Part shown: piece by piece, positions 48,715 through 58,940 of the stretch
How the letters are laid out: the number at the start of each line of letters is the position of its first letter
Position numbering within the stretch: the stretch's first letter is position 1
NCBI GenBank assembly: GCA_041191405.1
Contig: JBEEOW010000007.1
Coordinates: 33,484-97,483, forward strand
Length of the DNA stretch: 64,000 nucleotides
From: Bacteroidota bacterium
Lineage (GTDB): Bacteria > Bacteroidota > Bacteroidia > Cytophagales > UBA9547
Reading direction: 5' to 3'
Notes under the pieces: model-generated
Told to the model about the DNA's origin: nothing
The model's database searches: none
Seen by the model: only the letters and a program-made list of their open reading frames with translations
Position numbers and translations under genes: made by a program

Positions 48715-50394
48715 TTAAAAACTCTTCCCAATTTTATATTTTTCCCAAAATGCTGCATTGATCAATTTGTCGGTTTCAATTTCTAAAATAGAAGCTGAAT
48801 CTGATTTTAAAAATGCAGCTATTTGAACATCAAATGATTCATAATCATTTGCAAAATAGTAGTTTAAACCAAAATCACTTGCTGTATTTTTAGCATTTAG
48901 TTTTTGATTGGTTTCAAAATAAGTATCTATTTCAGGCTGAGTACTTGGGCCATCAATTAACCTAAAAATACCTCCAGCATGATTATTTAAAATAATAACT
49001 TTTAAATTACTTGGAATATGATTGTGCCAAAAAGCATTTCTATCATAAAAGAAAGCTAAATCGCCAGTAATCAATACATTAGGTGCATTATTTACAAGTG
49101 CATTTCCTAAAGCTGTACTTGTACTACCATCTATTCCACTTGTACCTCTATTGCAATAAATTGGTATATAATTTTTGATACCAATAATATTCACATACCT
49201 AACAGTCATACTATTAGATAAATGTAAATGACAATTCGTTGGAATTTTAGGCAATATTTTGGCTATTACCGAAAACTCATTAAAACTTGTTTCCTCTTTA
49301 ATTTTTCTATTGATATAATCCTCTGCATCTTCATTGAGTTCTTCCCATTGATTTGCATAATCCATACTAAACGAAATTTTATTGTTCAATATGGCTTGTG
49401 ATATTTGTGTAAAAAATGAATCAGCAGAAACTTGAATATGCTTTGTTAATTGTTGAAACGAATCAGGCGCAACAATTTCCTCAGAAACATGCCATTGTGC
49501 TTTTGCTTTGTATTTTCTTAGGAAATTTTTTAAACCTTTTGACAACACTTGTCCGCCAAATGTAATCAATAAATCTGGTTGTAAATCTTGCAAACTATCC
49601 TCTCCTATTGCATTTATAAAAATGTCATGATGACTAACTACATTTTCTAATGAATGACAATTAGCTATAGAATCTGCAACTAAAACAGCCTGCGAACTTA
49701 AAGTAAACGAAAATAGAGAATCCAACAAATGATTATTTATTGGCGATTGTCCAGCAACAATCAATACTTTTGAATATTGTTTTAACTCAGTTATTAATGA
49801 GTTAATTTCTAAATTTTTACTTGTATCTTGAATTTCAATAACTCTTGGAGCATTATCAAAAACAATTTCATCATTGCTGTATAATGGTTCCCTTAAAGGA
49901 ACATTTACATGAACTGGACCTTTAGGCGATTGATTTGAATGATTAATTGCCTCATTAAGCGTCCTATTAATAAACCATTGAGCATCTGAATTTGAGTAAT
50001 CTTCTGGTAATTGATATGATTGTTTTACGTGTTTTCCAAAAATATTTTGCTGAAAAATAGTTTGTCCATCTTGTTGAGCAATCCATTCTGTTGGTCTATC
50101 AGCAGTTAGTAAAAGTAAAGGAATATTTCTAAAAAATGCTTCGGCAACAGCAGGTGCAAAATTATAAACCGCTGATCCACTTGTACATATTAAAGCAACC
50201 GTATTATTACTCGCTTCAGCCATACCCAAAGCCACAAATGCAGCAGCACGTTCATCAGGGATAACAAAAGTTTCAATTTCAGGATGACGAGCAAAAGCAA
50301 TTGTTAATGGAGCGCATCTTGAACCCGGACACATAACTACTTTATTTACTTTTTTAGCTGCGCAAAGAGATGCGATATTGTAAATTGCTTTCAT
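48715..50394 (-). CDS. menD: 2-succinyl-5-enolpyruvyl-6-hydroxy-3-cyclohexene-1-carboxylate synthase (TPP-dependent)
   Basis: It has the MenD-like N-terminus (VVMCPGSRCAPLTIAF) and the TPP-binding motif GDLAFFYDRNAF...NNHAGGIF. It is 559 aa. Confidence 0.75.
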   Translation of the reverse strand: MKAIYNIASLCAAKKVNKVVMCPGSRCAPLTIAFARHPEIETFVIPDERAAAFVALGMAEASNNTVALICTSGSAVYNFAPAVAEAFFRNIPLLLLTADRPTEWIAQQDGQTIFQQNIFGKHVKQSYQLPEDYSNSDAQWFINRTLNEAINHSNQSPKGPVHVNVPLREPLYSNDEIVFDNAPRVIEIQDTSKNLEINSLITELKQYSKVLIVAGQSPINNHLLDSLFSFTLSSQAVLVADSIANCHSLENVVSHHDIFINAIGEDSLQDLQPDLLITFGGQVLSKGLKNFLRKYKAKAQWHVSEEIVAPDSFQQLTKHIQVSADSFFTQISQAILNNKISFSMDYANQWEELNEDAEDYINRKIKEETSFNEFSVIAKILPKIPTNCHLHLSNSMTVRYVNIIGIKNYIPIYCNRGTSGIDGSTSTALGNALVNNAPNVLITGDLAFFYDRNAFWHNHIPSNLKVIILNNHAGGIFRLIDGPSTQPEIDTYFETNQKLNAKNTASDFGLNYYFANDYESFDVQIAAFLKSDSASILEIETDKLINAAFWEKYKIGKSF

Positions 50395-50400
50395 TTTTTT

Positions 50401-50480
50401 AGTATTAGGTATTAGGTACTAAGTACAAAGTATTTGAAAAATAAAATCTTAAGTCTAATGTCTATAATCTTAAGTCTAAA
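50401..50480. repeat. heptamer repeat module (gtattag x2, gtactaa, gtacaaa, gtatttg) followed by the atcttaagtctaa module x2
   Basis: It shares agtacaaagtatt with the metK locus and atcttaagtctaa with the 1535-1590 locus. Confidence 0.65.
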
Positions 50481-50819
50481 TTAAAAGTGTTTTCTTTCTG
50501 AAATTACCCTTCCATGTAATTGCATCAATTTAATATATTCAGGCTCAGCAATAATTAACTGAATAGAATAATCACGCATTAAACTAAACCCATGATTGGT
50601 TACAAAGACCTTATTTCCATATAAATCTTTTGCCCAAAAATCTACATTTAAATATTGCCATGAACCACTATACTTCAAAACAAAATTACCTGTAACAGGA
50701 TAAGTTACAGGTAATAAATCTTTAGTAATTTGCGAATATGAATTAATATTGAATAAAAACATCAATACAATAAATGAAAATAAATTCCTTAATTTAAAGT
50801 ATTGAGTTTTTAATCTCAT
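50481..50819 (-). CDS. secreted hypothetical protein (112 aa)
   Basis: It has a signal peptide. The stop is 4 nt from the aroA stop side and it forms an operon-like unit with aroA. Confidence 0.35.
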   Translation of the reverse strand: MRLKTQYFKLRNLFSFIVLMFLFNINSYSQITKDLLPVTYPVTGNFVLKYSGSWQYLNVDFWAKDLYGNKVFVTNHGFSLMRDYSIQLIIAEPEYIKLMQLHGRVISERKHF

Positions 50820-50826
50820 TTTATAT

Positions 50827-52062
50827 TTAATTATTTATGATTGAAAAACCTACAGATTTTAAATCATTCCAATAACCTGGATATGATTTTTTTACAACAT
50901 CAGGTTCTTCGATAATCACATCACCTACCAATGCCAATGGAGCAAATGCCATTGCCATTCTGTGGTCATCGTAAGTATCAACTATTTGATTATCAATTTT
51001 AAAACTATCACTTTCAACCACAAAAACACCTTCTTCTGCTTCGTTCATGCTAGCACCAAATTTAGCTAATTCAGTTTGAATAGCATAAATTCTATCAGTT
51101 TCTTTGATTCTTAAACTCTCTAAACCTGATAATGATAACTTGATATTTTTTGCAGCTGCCACTACCGACAATGTTTGTGCAATATCAGGGCAGTGTGTAA
51201 AATCTATACTTACTTCTTTTTGATGTGGTATTTTAGTCAACACCACTCCTCTTTCATTGAAAGTTGATTTAACTCCTAGTGGTTGCATAATATCAACCAA
51301 AACTGAATCCCCTTGTAATGAATTTTCTTTCAAACCTAGTAATTCAATACTTGTATTTTCATCAGCTAAAGCTACAATAGAATACCAATAACTTGCACCT
51401 GACCAATCAGATTCAATTGTATATTCTTGCACTTTATATTGTTGTCCACCAGCAATATGAATTTCATTATTTACCCATTGGTGTTGTACTCCAAAATGAC
51501 TCATTAAAACCAAAGTCATATCCAAATATGGGCGAGAAGCAATTTTTCCGGTTAATTCAACAATCAAACCATCTTCAAACAAAGGTGCATTCATTAGTAC
51601 AGCAGAAATATACTGACTACTTACATCACCTTGCATGGTAATTTTGTTTTTCAATTTACCAGTATATGGCTTGATACTCAATGGCGGAAAACCTTCTTTT
51701 TGAAGATAATTAATATCGCAACCAATTGATTTTAAAGCTTCAGCTAAAATACCAATCGGACGTTCGCACATACGTGAAGTACCAGTCATGATGGTTTCAC
51801 GTTTACTAATTGCTGTAAAAGCAGTTAAAAAACGCATTGTTGTACCAGCATCAATTACATCCAAAGTTACATCATTACTTGCTAAAAGTCTTTGCATAGT
51901 TTGTGTATCACGAGCTTCAGACAAGTTGTGAAGTGTACATTTATTTCCAGAAACTGCATTGATAATCAAAGCTCTGTTACTTTCACTTTTTGAAGAAACA
52001 AGTTTAACAGTTGCTTGAATAGACTTATTGGGTACTGATACTTTTATACTTGAATGTGACAT
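50827..52062 (-). CDS. aroA: 3-phosphoshikimate 1-carboxyvinyltransferase (EPSP synthase)
   Basis: Motifs LSLSGLESLRIKETDRI and the C-terminal DHRMAMAFA are present. It is 411 aa. Confidence 0.85.
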   Translation of the reverse strand: MSHSSIKVSVPNKSIQATVKLVSSKSESNRALIINAVSGNKCTLHNLSEARDTQTMQRLLASNDVTLDVIDAGTTMRFLTAFTAISKRETIMTGTSRMCERPIGILAEALKSIGCDINYLQKEGFPPLSIKPYTGKLKNKITMQGDVSSQYISAVLMNAPLFEDGLIVELTGKIASRPYLDMTLVLMSHFGVQHQWVNNEIHIAGGQQYKVQEYTIESDWSGASYWYSIVALADENTSIELLGLKENSLQGDSVLVDIMQPLGVKSTFNERGVVLTKIPHQKEVSIDFTHCPDIAQTLSVVAAAKNIKLSLSGLESLRIKETDRIYAIQTELAKFGASMNEAEEGVFVVESDSFKIDNQIVDTYDDHRMAMAFAPLALVGDVIIEEPDVVKKSYPGYWNDLKSVGFSIINN

Positions 52063-52248
52063 TGAATGCTATATAAATTTTGACATTTTTTTTTGAATTG
52101 GAATTAATAATTTCTAATTCAAAATTTATTAATTATTTAACCAAATAGGAACATAGTTTCTTGAAAATATAAATCAAATTTCTAAGTTCTTATGTGTTTA
52201 ATTTTAAATTACACTTAAGTGGATTTATTCTAAATCCTTTAGTGCTAA

Positions 52249-53037
52249 TTATTTAAAAGGAACATTTTGATTTCCTTCTTTCATAATATTAGGAGTTGCA
52301 AATGAACCAACTACGTTAGCTTTTAATGAAATTTTAGCATACTTAGTTACAATATCATTAGAAGTTATAGAAACCACTTCTTCTATTTCTCCAAGGTTTT
52401 TAGGGGTATAAATTAATTCTAAAATTACAGTTTCTTTTGGTTTAATAGTTTCTTTTGAAATTTTGTATTCAATACAACCACAACCTGCCAAAATAGCGTT
52501 ATTCAAAGGAATCTTCAAGTCGCTCATTCCTGTGTTTGTGATTTTAAACTTATAATTAACACGTTGACCTTTTTCAATTTTACCAAAATTGTAACTTACT
52601 TTATCTACAGTTAATCTTGGAGAAGCTTTTATTTCAGCAGCTGTGTATTTATTTTCTTCTTTTTTCTCAACAATACCTCTGATATAGATAGTTTTATTAG
52701 TTTCGTTTGTTGCATTTGAAACAACAGCAATACTTTTATTGAATACACCTAATCTACCTTGACTATTGTAAGATGCTTTGATTAAACCTGTTTTTCCAGG
52801 CATAATTGGCTCTTTACTCCACTCAGGAGTAGTACATCCGCATGAAGGTTGAACAGATGAAATAACCAATGGAGCTGAACCAGTGTTGGTTACTTCAAAA
52901 GTAAATGATGCTTGTACACCTTCTTCAACAATTCCAAAATCGTGGCTTTCTGTTTTGAATTTAATTGTTTGAGCAATAGAATTATATCCTAAAAATAAGG
53001 ACATTACAGCTAGGGCACTTATTCTTTTATAGTTCAT
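52249..53037 (-). CDS. DUF1573 domain protein (two copies), secreted
   Basis: It has a signal peptide and two modules with the characteristic PSCGCTTPEW / AGCGCIEYK cysteine pair. Confidence 0.7.
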   Translation of the reverse strand: MNYKRISALAVMSLFLGYNSIAQTIKFKTESHDFGIVEEGVQASFTFEVTNTGSAPLVISSVQPSCGCTTPEWSKEPIMPGKTGLIKASYNSQGRLGVFNKSIAVVSNATNETNKTIYIRGIVEKKEENKYTAAEIKASPRLTVDKVSYNFGKIEKGQRVNYKFKITNTGMSDLKIPLNNAILAGCGCIEYKISKETIKPKETVILELIYTPKNLGEIEEVVSITSNDIVTKYAKISLKANVVGSFATPNIMKEGNQNVPFK

Positions 53038-53285
53038 CTTTAAAGAAGATTTAAATTACAAATATTTATACTAAACAGATTTTGCTGTGTAAAAATAAGA
53101 AAAATTATAACATATTAACGAATATATATTGAGAAATTGTGTTTCAAAGTAAATTTAATATTAGATAAGAAACTTAAAAGAAATAGCTTAAAATGATTAA
53201 AATCAATTAATTAAGTCAAAATTAATGCAAAAATAATCGAAAACTAACACTTCGACTACGCTCAGTGAACGTTTTCGAGTATTTT

Positions 53286-56200
53286 TCATCGTATCAAACT
53301 ATATCCAAAATGATGTTTCATCGACAATCCTGATTGCCAATGTGTATTTAACTTATTTTGAGGTACTTCAATTGCTCCATTTTGTGCATTTTGAGCCCAA
53401 ACTAAGTAATTTTTCAACAATGAAATTCCTTCGTGTTTGGCAGTTTCGGTTTGTAATTGGTTTGGATCAAAACTGATAAAAATATCCATTTTTGATTTAG
53501 CTCTTGTAATAGCAACATTCAATCTTTTTTCACCATTTTTTTGCGACAATGAACCAAATTGCATTTTAAAATTCCCTTTTTTATCTGGTGCATAAGCAAC
53601 TGATAATAAAACTATATCTGCTTCATCACCTTGTACGTTTTCAATATTTTTATTGAATACTATTACATCAGTTGAAATCTTTTTTTCATTTATTGCTTGC
53701 TCAATTTTTTGTTGAATTAACTCTTGTTGGTTAAAGTTGAAACTAATAAACCCAATTGATTTTTTACCTAAATTATAATATTCAATTGCTTTATTTACAA
53801 CCTGTTCTGCTTCAAATTCATTGCTTCTATTTTCCCAAATTCCAACATTATTTTGATGAACTTGAATAGGGAAATTAACATTTTCACTGATTCTAGAAGT
53901 AAAATTCAATTTACTCTTATAAAAATGTTCATTTGAAAAGGCTATTAAACCATAATTTTCACTCCTATAATGGTTTTGCAAATAAAATTCAGGAAAATAT
54001 CTAGCACAAAGTTCTAAATAAGATTCAACTTCTAATGTTGGGGAATCTTCTTCATCTTCATCGCCTTCCCACCTATTTTGGTACAATGTACTTGGGCTCA
54101 ATTGCTGACTATCACCCGCAACAACAATTTGCTTACCTCTGAAAATCAACGGAAAACCTCGTTCAGAAAAACATTGAGAAGCCTCATCAACAATTACTAC
54201 ATCAAAATACTGCTCCAAAGGAAAAATTGCTGAAATAGTTTCTGGAGAAGCCATCCAACATGGTAAAAGTTTGAAAATATCGGCTTCATTTTCTGCAATT
54301 AACTTTCTAATTGGCCAAATATTTTTCTTTTTATTTACCTGATGTTTTAATTCTCTGTATGAAACTACATTCGTTAATCTATTGTATTGTAAGTGTTTAT
54401 ATGTTTGTTCTTTAAGTCTGATTGATACAATTCTCTCAGAAAGAGTTTGTTTTTCTTTAATCAAATGTTTCAGTTCTTTACTTAACTCTTGTAACTGATT
54501 ATTTTGTAATAAATTCAACGCTGGATATGAATAAAATGCTTGTTTTAGCCATTTTCGTTCAAACTCCAGTACAACATTTTCAATTGATTCATTTTCAATT
54601 AGTTTAAAAAGTTTTTTCTCATTAACACTTAAAGCATTAAAATTTATATCTATTTGTTGAAATAAATTGAAATACTGATTTAAATAAGAAATTACTTCAT
54701 TTAATCCTTCTTCATTTAATTGCGCTAATGCTATTACCTGATTTTCAGTTAGTGTAGTTAATAAATTAGCATTCAATACTTTTAAATTCAATAACTGTGA
54801 AATTAATTCTTGAACCTTTTTAGTAAATACTTGAATATTTTCAGATTTAAATAAATACTCATAACTAATTGAATTTGTGCTAAATAACTTCTTTAATTCA
54901 ATTAACTGAGTTAAATTATCAATTCGAGTTACTATTTCTATCAAACTATTTTCAGAAATTGAACTAGAAATACCTGAAAAAATAGAGTTTTCAATTGTTT
55001 CTGTTATTTTTTTGCAATTTTCTAAATGTGTATGTACTTTTTTAATATCATCAATTGATTTAAAACTAAGTGAGTTTTTAGTTAAATACAATTGTAATTT
55101 TTTGTTTTTATTACTTGAAAAAGTATGTAATGCTTTCATTAGCAAACTTTTATCATGCCATAAAATAGCATCATTTGTTTCTTCAAGTAGTAAATTTATT
55201 TCATCTAAAGTTGATGGTATTTCAAGTTTTACTTCTTTTTCTTTTGCTTGAAATGAAGTGATAGCTTTATTTAATTTATTTAAATCAGTTATCTTTTTTA
55301 AAGCATTTTTATCTAAAAGTATGTTCAATATTTCATTTAAATCACTGTTTAAAAGTGATTTAAGTTTCAATAATTGTTCAAGTTCAACATTTAAAAGTGA
55401 TTCAGAATTGATATCTTCTTGATCAATATTTAAAATGCTTGAAATATTTTTCAAAGCTTGTTTGTAATCAGTAATATTCTGATTTAAGTTGTTAAAATCA
55501 ATATGATCAAAAACATGCTTGCGAACTTTCCAAAAGTAATGTTTTGGAGCTTGTTTTAGTAAATTTTGAACTTCAACTATATTTGTCAAAGCATCAGATA
55601 AATCAAAGATTGACAATGCATTAGCTAACTCATCTGAAATTATATCCTTGTTTGAAATATGATGATTTACTTTTTGCCAAAGTTCCTCTACATTATAGCC
55701 ACAAGGCAAAATTTTAAAATAAGCATCTTTAAAATCGTCTAACTGTAGCGTAATTTGTTCACTTCTCTTGGCATTAATTACAAAGTTTCTTTCAAGTGCA
55801 ATAGTTTCATAACCAAGCGTACTTTGCTTTAACTCTTCAAGTTTATCTATTTGATTAGCAATACTTTTATATAATGATTCTCTATCATAAACATGGTCGT
55901 GAACCAATGCCACAAACGAGTCTGCTTCTATCGATTTTAACCTTTGCAGAATAACCTCAAGTGCTACTTTTTTCTCTGAAGCAACCAATACTTTTTTGCC
56001 TTGAGAAACCAATTGACATATTAAATTGGCAATTAACTGCGATTTACCCGTTCCAGGTGGACCTTGAACTACAACACTTTTGCCATGTTGCACAGCTTTA
56101 ATGATATTTTCTTGAAAAATATCAATTTTAAATGGTGTAACTATTTGTTCTTCACGAACTTTATTGATAAAATTTAAATCATTTTGGTTATGTTGATTTT

Positions 56201-56999
56201 GAAAAAAATGCTCAAAATAATTATCAATAGAAGGGTAATTAAATTTTTGCTCAATTAATTCGTAATCATTGTTTTGTATATTTCCAAGTAAAGGAAACAT
56301 ACCAATTACTGCTTCTGGAAATAGTTTTAATATCCCTTCGTTGTAAAATAACTCAAAATCATTCTTTTTATAATTTAAAAAATGTTCAAGTTTTAAAGAG
56401 AATAAGTCTCTGTTAAACTGAATGTTAAACCCTATTTCTTTAAGTATATTAAATAGATGGGTTATGAATGAAGTTGCGTCCGTTGGTGCATCATTAAATG
56501 CTTTATTTAGAATATCGTAATTTAGCTTTGATTTAGTATTTTTTTGATAAGCTAACAACAAACTTTCATTCCATTGAATATCTCCATGCAATTGCAGAAA
56601 CCAACCTTTTTCATCTTGTTCTAAAGTTGTTTGCCATAATAACAATGGCGCTCTTAAATATTGATTATCACCGAAATTTCCATGTAAAAATGGCCATGCT
56701 AAATACAATTCATGGCTACCATTTTCATTTAACAAATAATTCGCTCGTCGTTGAATTTGACGTAATTTATTTGAAACAGTGTTATTTGATGCATCTCTTG
56801 GGTCAAAAACAGGTGCAATAAAAACTCTTTTATTACCTTCGATAAATGAATTAATAATACCAAACGAATCACTCCCATTTAAAAAATCTAAATTTTTCAA
56901 ATCCAAGTCATTAGCTGTAAGTCGGGGTAAAAATATAAGTTTATTACTCGCCCCAAGGTTAGCTAATCTTCGCTGATATGTTAAAACATCGTTTTGCAA
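53286..56999 (-). CDS. Upf1/DNA2-like superfamily-I helicase (DUF4011-type N-terminus, AAA_11/AAA_12 motor split by ~550-aa insertion)
   Basis: Walker A VVVQGPPGTGKSQLIANL sits near aa 310 and Walker B VVIVDEASQ near aa 935. Motif III VVAGDSQQLSP and motif VI VAITRAKSKMDIF are also present. There is no signal peptide. Confidence 0.8.
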   Translation of the reverse strand: MQNDVLTYQRRLANLGASNKLIFLPRLTANDLDLKNLDFLNGSDSFGIINSFIEGNKRVFIAPVFDPRDASNNTVSNKLRQIQRRANYLLNENGSHELYLAWPFLHGNFGDNQYLRAPLLLWQTTLEQDEKGWFLQLHGDIQWNESLLLAYQKNTKSKLNYDILNKAFNDAPTDATSFITHLFNILKEIGFNIQFNRDLFSLKLEHFLNYKKNDFELFYNEGILKLFPEAVIGMFPLLGNIQNNDYELIEQKFNYPSIDNYFEHFFQNQHNQNDLNFINKVREEQIVTPFKIDIFQENIIKAVQHGKSVVVQGPPGTGKSQLIANLICQLVSQGKKVLVASEKKVALEVILQRLKSIEADSFVALVHDHVYDRESLYKSIANQIDKLEELKQSTLGYETIALERNFVINAKRSEQITLQLDDFKDAYFKILPCGYNVEELWQKVNHHISNKDIISDELANALSIFDLSDALTNIVEVQNLLKQAPKHYFWKVRKHVFDHIDFNNLNQNITDYKQALKNISSILNIDQEDINSESLLNVELEQLLKLKSLLNSDLNEILNILLDKNALKKITDLNKLNKAITSFQAKEKEVKLEIPSTLDEINLLLEETNDAILWHDKSLLMKALHTFSSNKNKKLQLYLTKNSLSFKSIDDIKKVHTHLENCKKITETIENSIFSGISSSISENSLIEIVTRIDNLTQLIELKKLFSTNSISYEYLFKSENIQVFTKKVQELISQLLNLKVLNANLLTTLTENQVIALAQLNEEGLNEVISYLNQYFNLFQQIDINFNALSVNEKKLFKLIENESIENVVLEFERKWLKQAFYSYPALNLLQNNQLQELSKELKHLIKEKQTLSERIVSIRLKEQTYKHLQYNRLTNVVSYRELKHQVNKKKNIWPIRKLIAENEADIFKLLPCWMASPETISAIFPLEQYFDVVIVDEASQCFSERGFPLIFRGKQIVVAGDSQQLSPSTLYQNRWEGDEDEEDSPTLEVESYLELCARYFPEFYLQNHYRSENYGLIAFSNEHFYKSKLNFTSRISENVNFPIQVHQNNVGIWENRSNEFEAEQVVNKAIEYYNLGKKSIGFISFNFNQQELIQQKIEQAINEKKISTDVIVFNKNIENVQGDEADIVLLSVAYAPDKKGNFKMQFGSLSQKNGEKRLNVAITRAKSKMDIFISFDPNQLQTETAKHEGISLLKNYLVWAQNAQNGAIEVPQNKLNTHWQSGLSMKHHFGYSLIR

Positions 57000-57003
57000 A
57001 TTA

Positions 57004-58923
57004 TTATCGAATAGATTCTAAAACTAAAGTAACTTTATTAAAATCAGCAGCAGCATTGATAACTTTACGGTATTGTTCAAAATTTGCAACACTACAATTT
57101 ATTGTTTTATAATATTCTTCAACCTTAATTTTCAACTTATTACCTTCAATTTTATAAGTTGATGTAAATATAAAATCAGCCCCTAATTGTTGTTTCAAAT
57201 TGATATCATTTAGATTCTTAACTCTATATCCATTTGGAATTTCCAAATCAATTTCTCTAATATAAATTCTATTAAAATCAGCTTCAATTTCTTGTTGACG
57301 TTTATTTGGTTGATACATTTCCATTTGGTCTCCAATTAATTCACCAATTTTAAACAAATACTTTTCACCTGCTCTTTCAATGAGTGAAGTTGATTCAAAA
57401 TCAGATTCAATTATCAATGGATTTGTAACTACAGATAAATTCAAGTCTGAATTTATTACATTAACGCTTTTAATTTTTGCATCAGGAGCCGATGATTTTA
57501 CAATTCCTTCTAATATTTCTTTTTTTTGTTCTTCAGTAATAACTTGTAAATATGGCTTTACATACATTGCTTTATGACCACTCATAACGTTTTTTATGTG
57601 CCCCAAAACAAGTTCATTAACAAAATCAATTTTACATTGAATATAATGGTTATGTTGACTTTGTGTGGCATTACTTGGCTCAATAAATTTAACTTTTGAT
57701 TCATGAGAATTTATAAATAAACCATAATTGTGTGTAAACTGATAAGGAACCAAAGGGTATCTATATTCTGGTTCTGAAGGACTTAAGTATGAGTTCAAAT
57801 TCGGAAAATAAATTAAAAACTCTTGTAAAGCGAGTGGAAATTCAAATTTTGAATCAAATTTTGCTAAAGTTCTATCGTTGGTTAAAACTAATTCATAATT
57901 AACTGATGCCACTTTTAAACAAGCAAAAAACAATCTTGAAATACCCCAATCTTGTCCATTTTTTTGCTCAATAATTTCTGTTATTGATTGCGTATTTGAG
58001 TTGTCGTCAATTGTAAAATTTGTCTTAAGGTAGTTTTCTATTTTAGTAATTTTAACTAACTCATCGGTTTCATTTTTCGGAATTTTAATAGCTTTTATTA
58101 ATTTCTTAACTGCTTTTAATTCTTTCTCCGAAAACTCGTTATAAGTCAATTTAATCAAATTTGCATTTACATCCCATGAATGTTGTTCTTTTGTTTTGGG
58201 AGTATTTACAACGTAATCAACCCTTGTTAAATTAGCTCTATAACTTGAAAACTCTTCCTCATTAAGTGCAGTTAATTGATTTACAGAAAAATGATGTTTT
58301 GAAGGTGCATTGAATGCTGCACTATCAATAAATGTAAAACTTTCTTTATAATTATAAACTTTTGGAGTAACTATAATATTTGGGTATGAATAGATTGTAA
58401 AATCTAGATTTTTAGTATTAAACTCACTTTGCAAATACTCTCTTCCATATTCATGATTGGGGGTTTTTACAGAATAAAAATATTCAATTTCAGCACCTTT
58501 TTCTACACCTTCTACTGCAAAAATTCGGTAAGCACCTGCATTTTCTAGATTATCTATTTCTTTAATATTTTCTTTATTTAACAATATTTCTTTACCATTC
58601 ATTAAAATTACCCTCACCTTTAATTGTATAATTTTACTATTTCCAGAAATTGGTATAAATACTTTGTTAAACCTTTCAATTGCAGCTTCAGAATTAACCT
58701 TTATTATTTTATGATATAGTTTATAACAGTCAATCTGTTCGCCATCTTTTGAAAAAAACTCAAAAGTACGTTTATCTTTTAAAATAATTACTTGTTCTTT
58801 ATGTTCTAAATCAGATAATTTAAACTGTTTTCTTGAGGTTTGCCAATCGTAATTTGGGATTTTTTGTGCAAATAGTACCCCTTCAATTAAACTAAATAAT
58901 ATTAATATTATATATCTAAACAT
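57004..58923 (-). CDS. secreted DUF3857/DUF3858-type protein with degenerate transglutaminase-like core
   Basis: It has a signal peptide. The central segment GISRLFFACLKVAS is a transglutaminase-fold remnant. Its stop is 4 nt upstream of the helicase start. Confidence 0.55.
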   Translation of the reverse strand: MFRYIILILFSLIEGVLFAQKIPNYDWQTSRKQFKLSDLEHKEQVIILKDKRTFEFFSKDGEQIDCYKLYHKIIKVNSEAAIERFNKVFIPISGNSKIIQLKVRVILMNGKEILLNKENIKEIDNLENAGAYRIFAVEGVEKGAEIEYFYSVKTPNHEYGREYLQSEFNTKNLDFTIYSYPNIIVTPKVYNYKESFTFIDSAAFNAPSKHHFSVNQLTALNEEEFSSYRANLTRVDYVVNTPKTKEQHSWDVNANLIKLTYNEFSEKELKAVKKLIKAIKIPKNETDELVKITKIENYLKTNFTIDDNSNTQSITEIIEQKNGQDWGISRLFFACLKVASVNYELVLTNDRTLAKFDSKFEFPLALQEFLIYFPNLNSYLSPSEPEYRYPLVPYQFTHNYGLFINSHESKVKFIEPSNATQSQHNHYIQCKIDFVNELVLGHIKNVMSGHKAMYVKPYLQVITEEQKKEILEGIVKSSAPDAKIKSVNVINSDLNLSVVTNPLIIESDFESTSLIERAGEKYLFKIGELIGDQMEMYQPNKRQQEIEADFNRIYIREIDLEIPNGYRVKNLNDINLKQQLGADFIFTSTYKIEGNKLKIKVEEYYKTINCSVANFEQYRKVINAAADFNKVTLVLESIR

Positions 58924-58940
58924 TTTTCAATAATTTAAAA

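Noticed and set aside
53286-56999. Mokosh- or Nhi-type assignment of the helicase
   Set aside because: No PLD HxK(x)4D motif and no obvious PD-(D/E)xK nuclease motif were found by eye in the N-terminus, the insertion or the C-terminus. Only the generic Upf1-like helicase call is supported.
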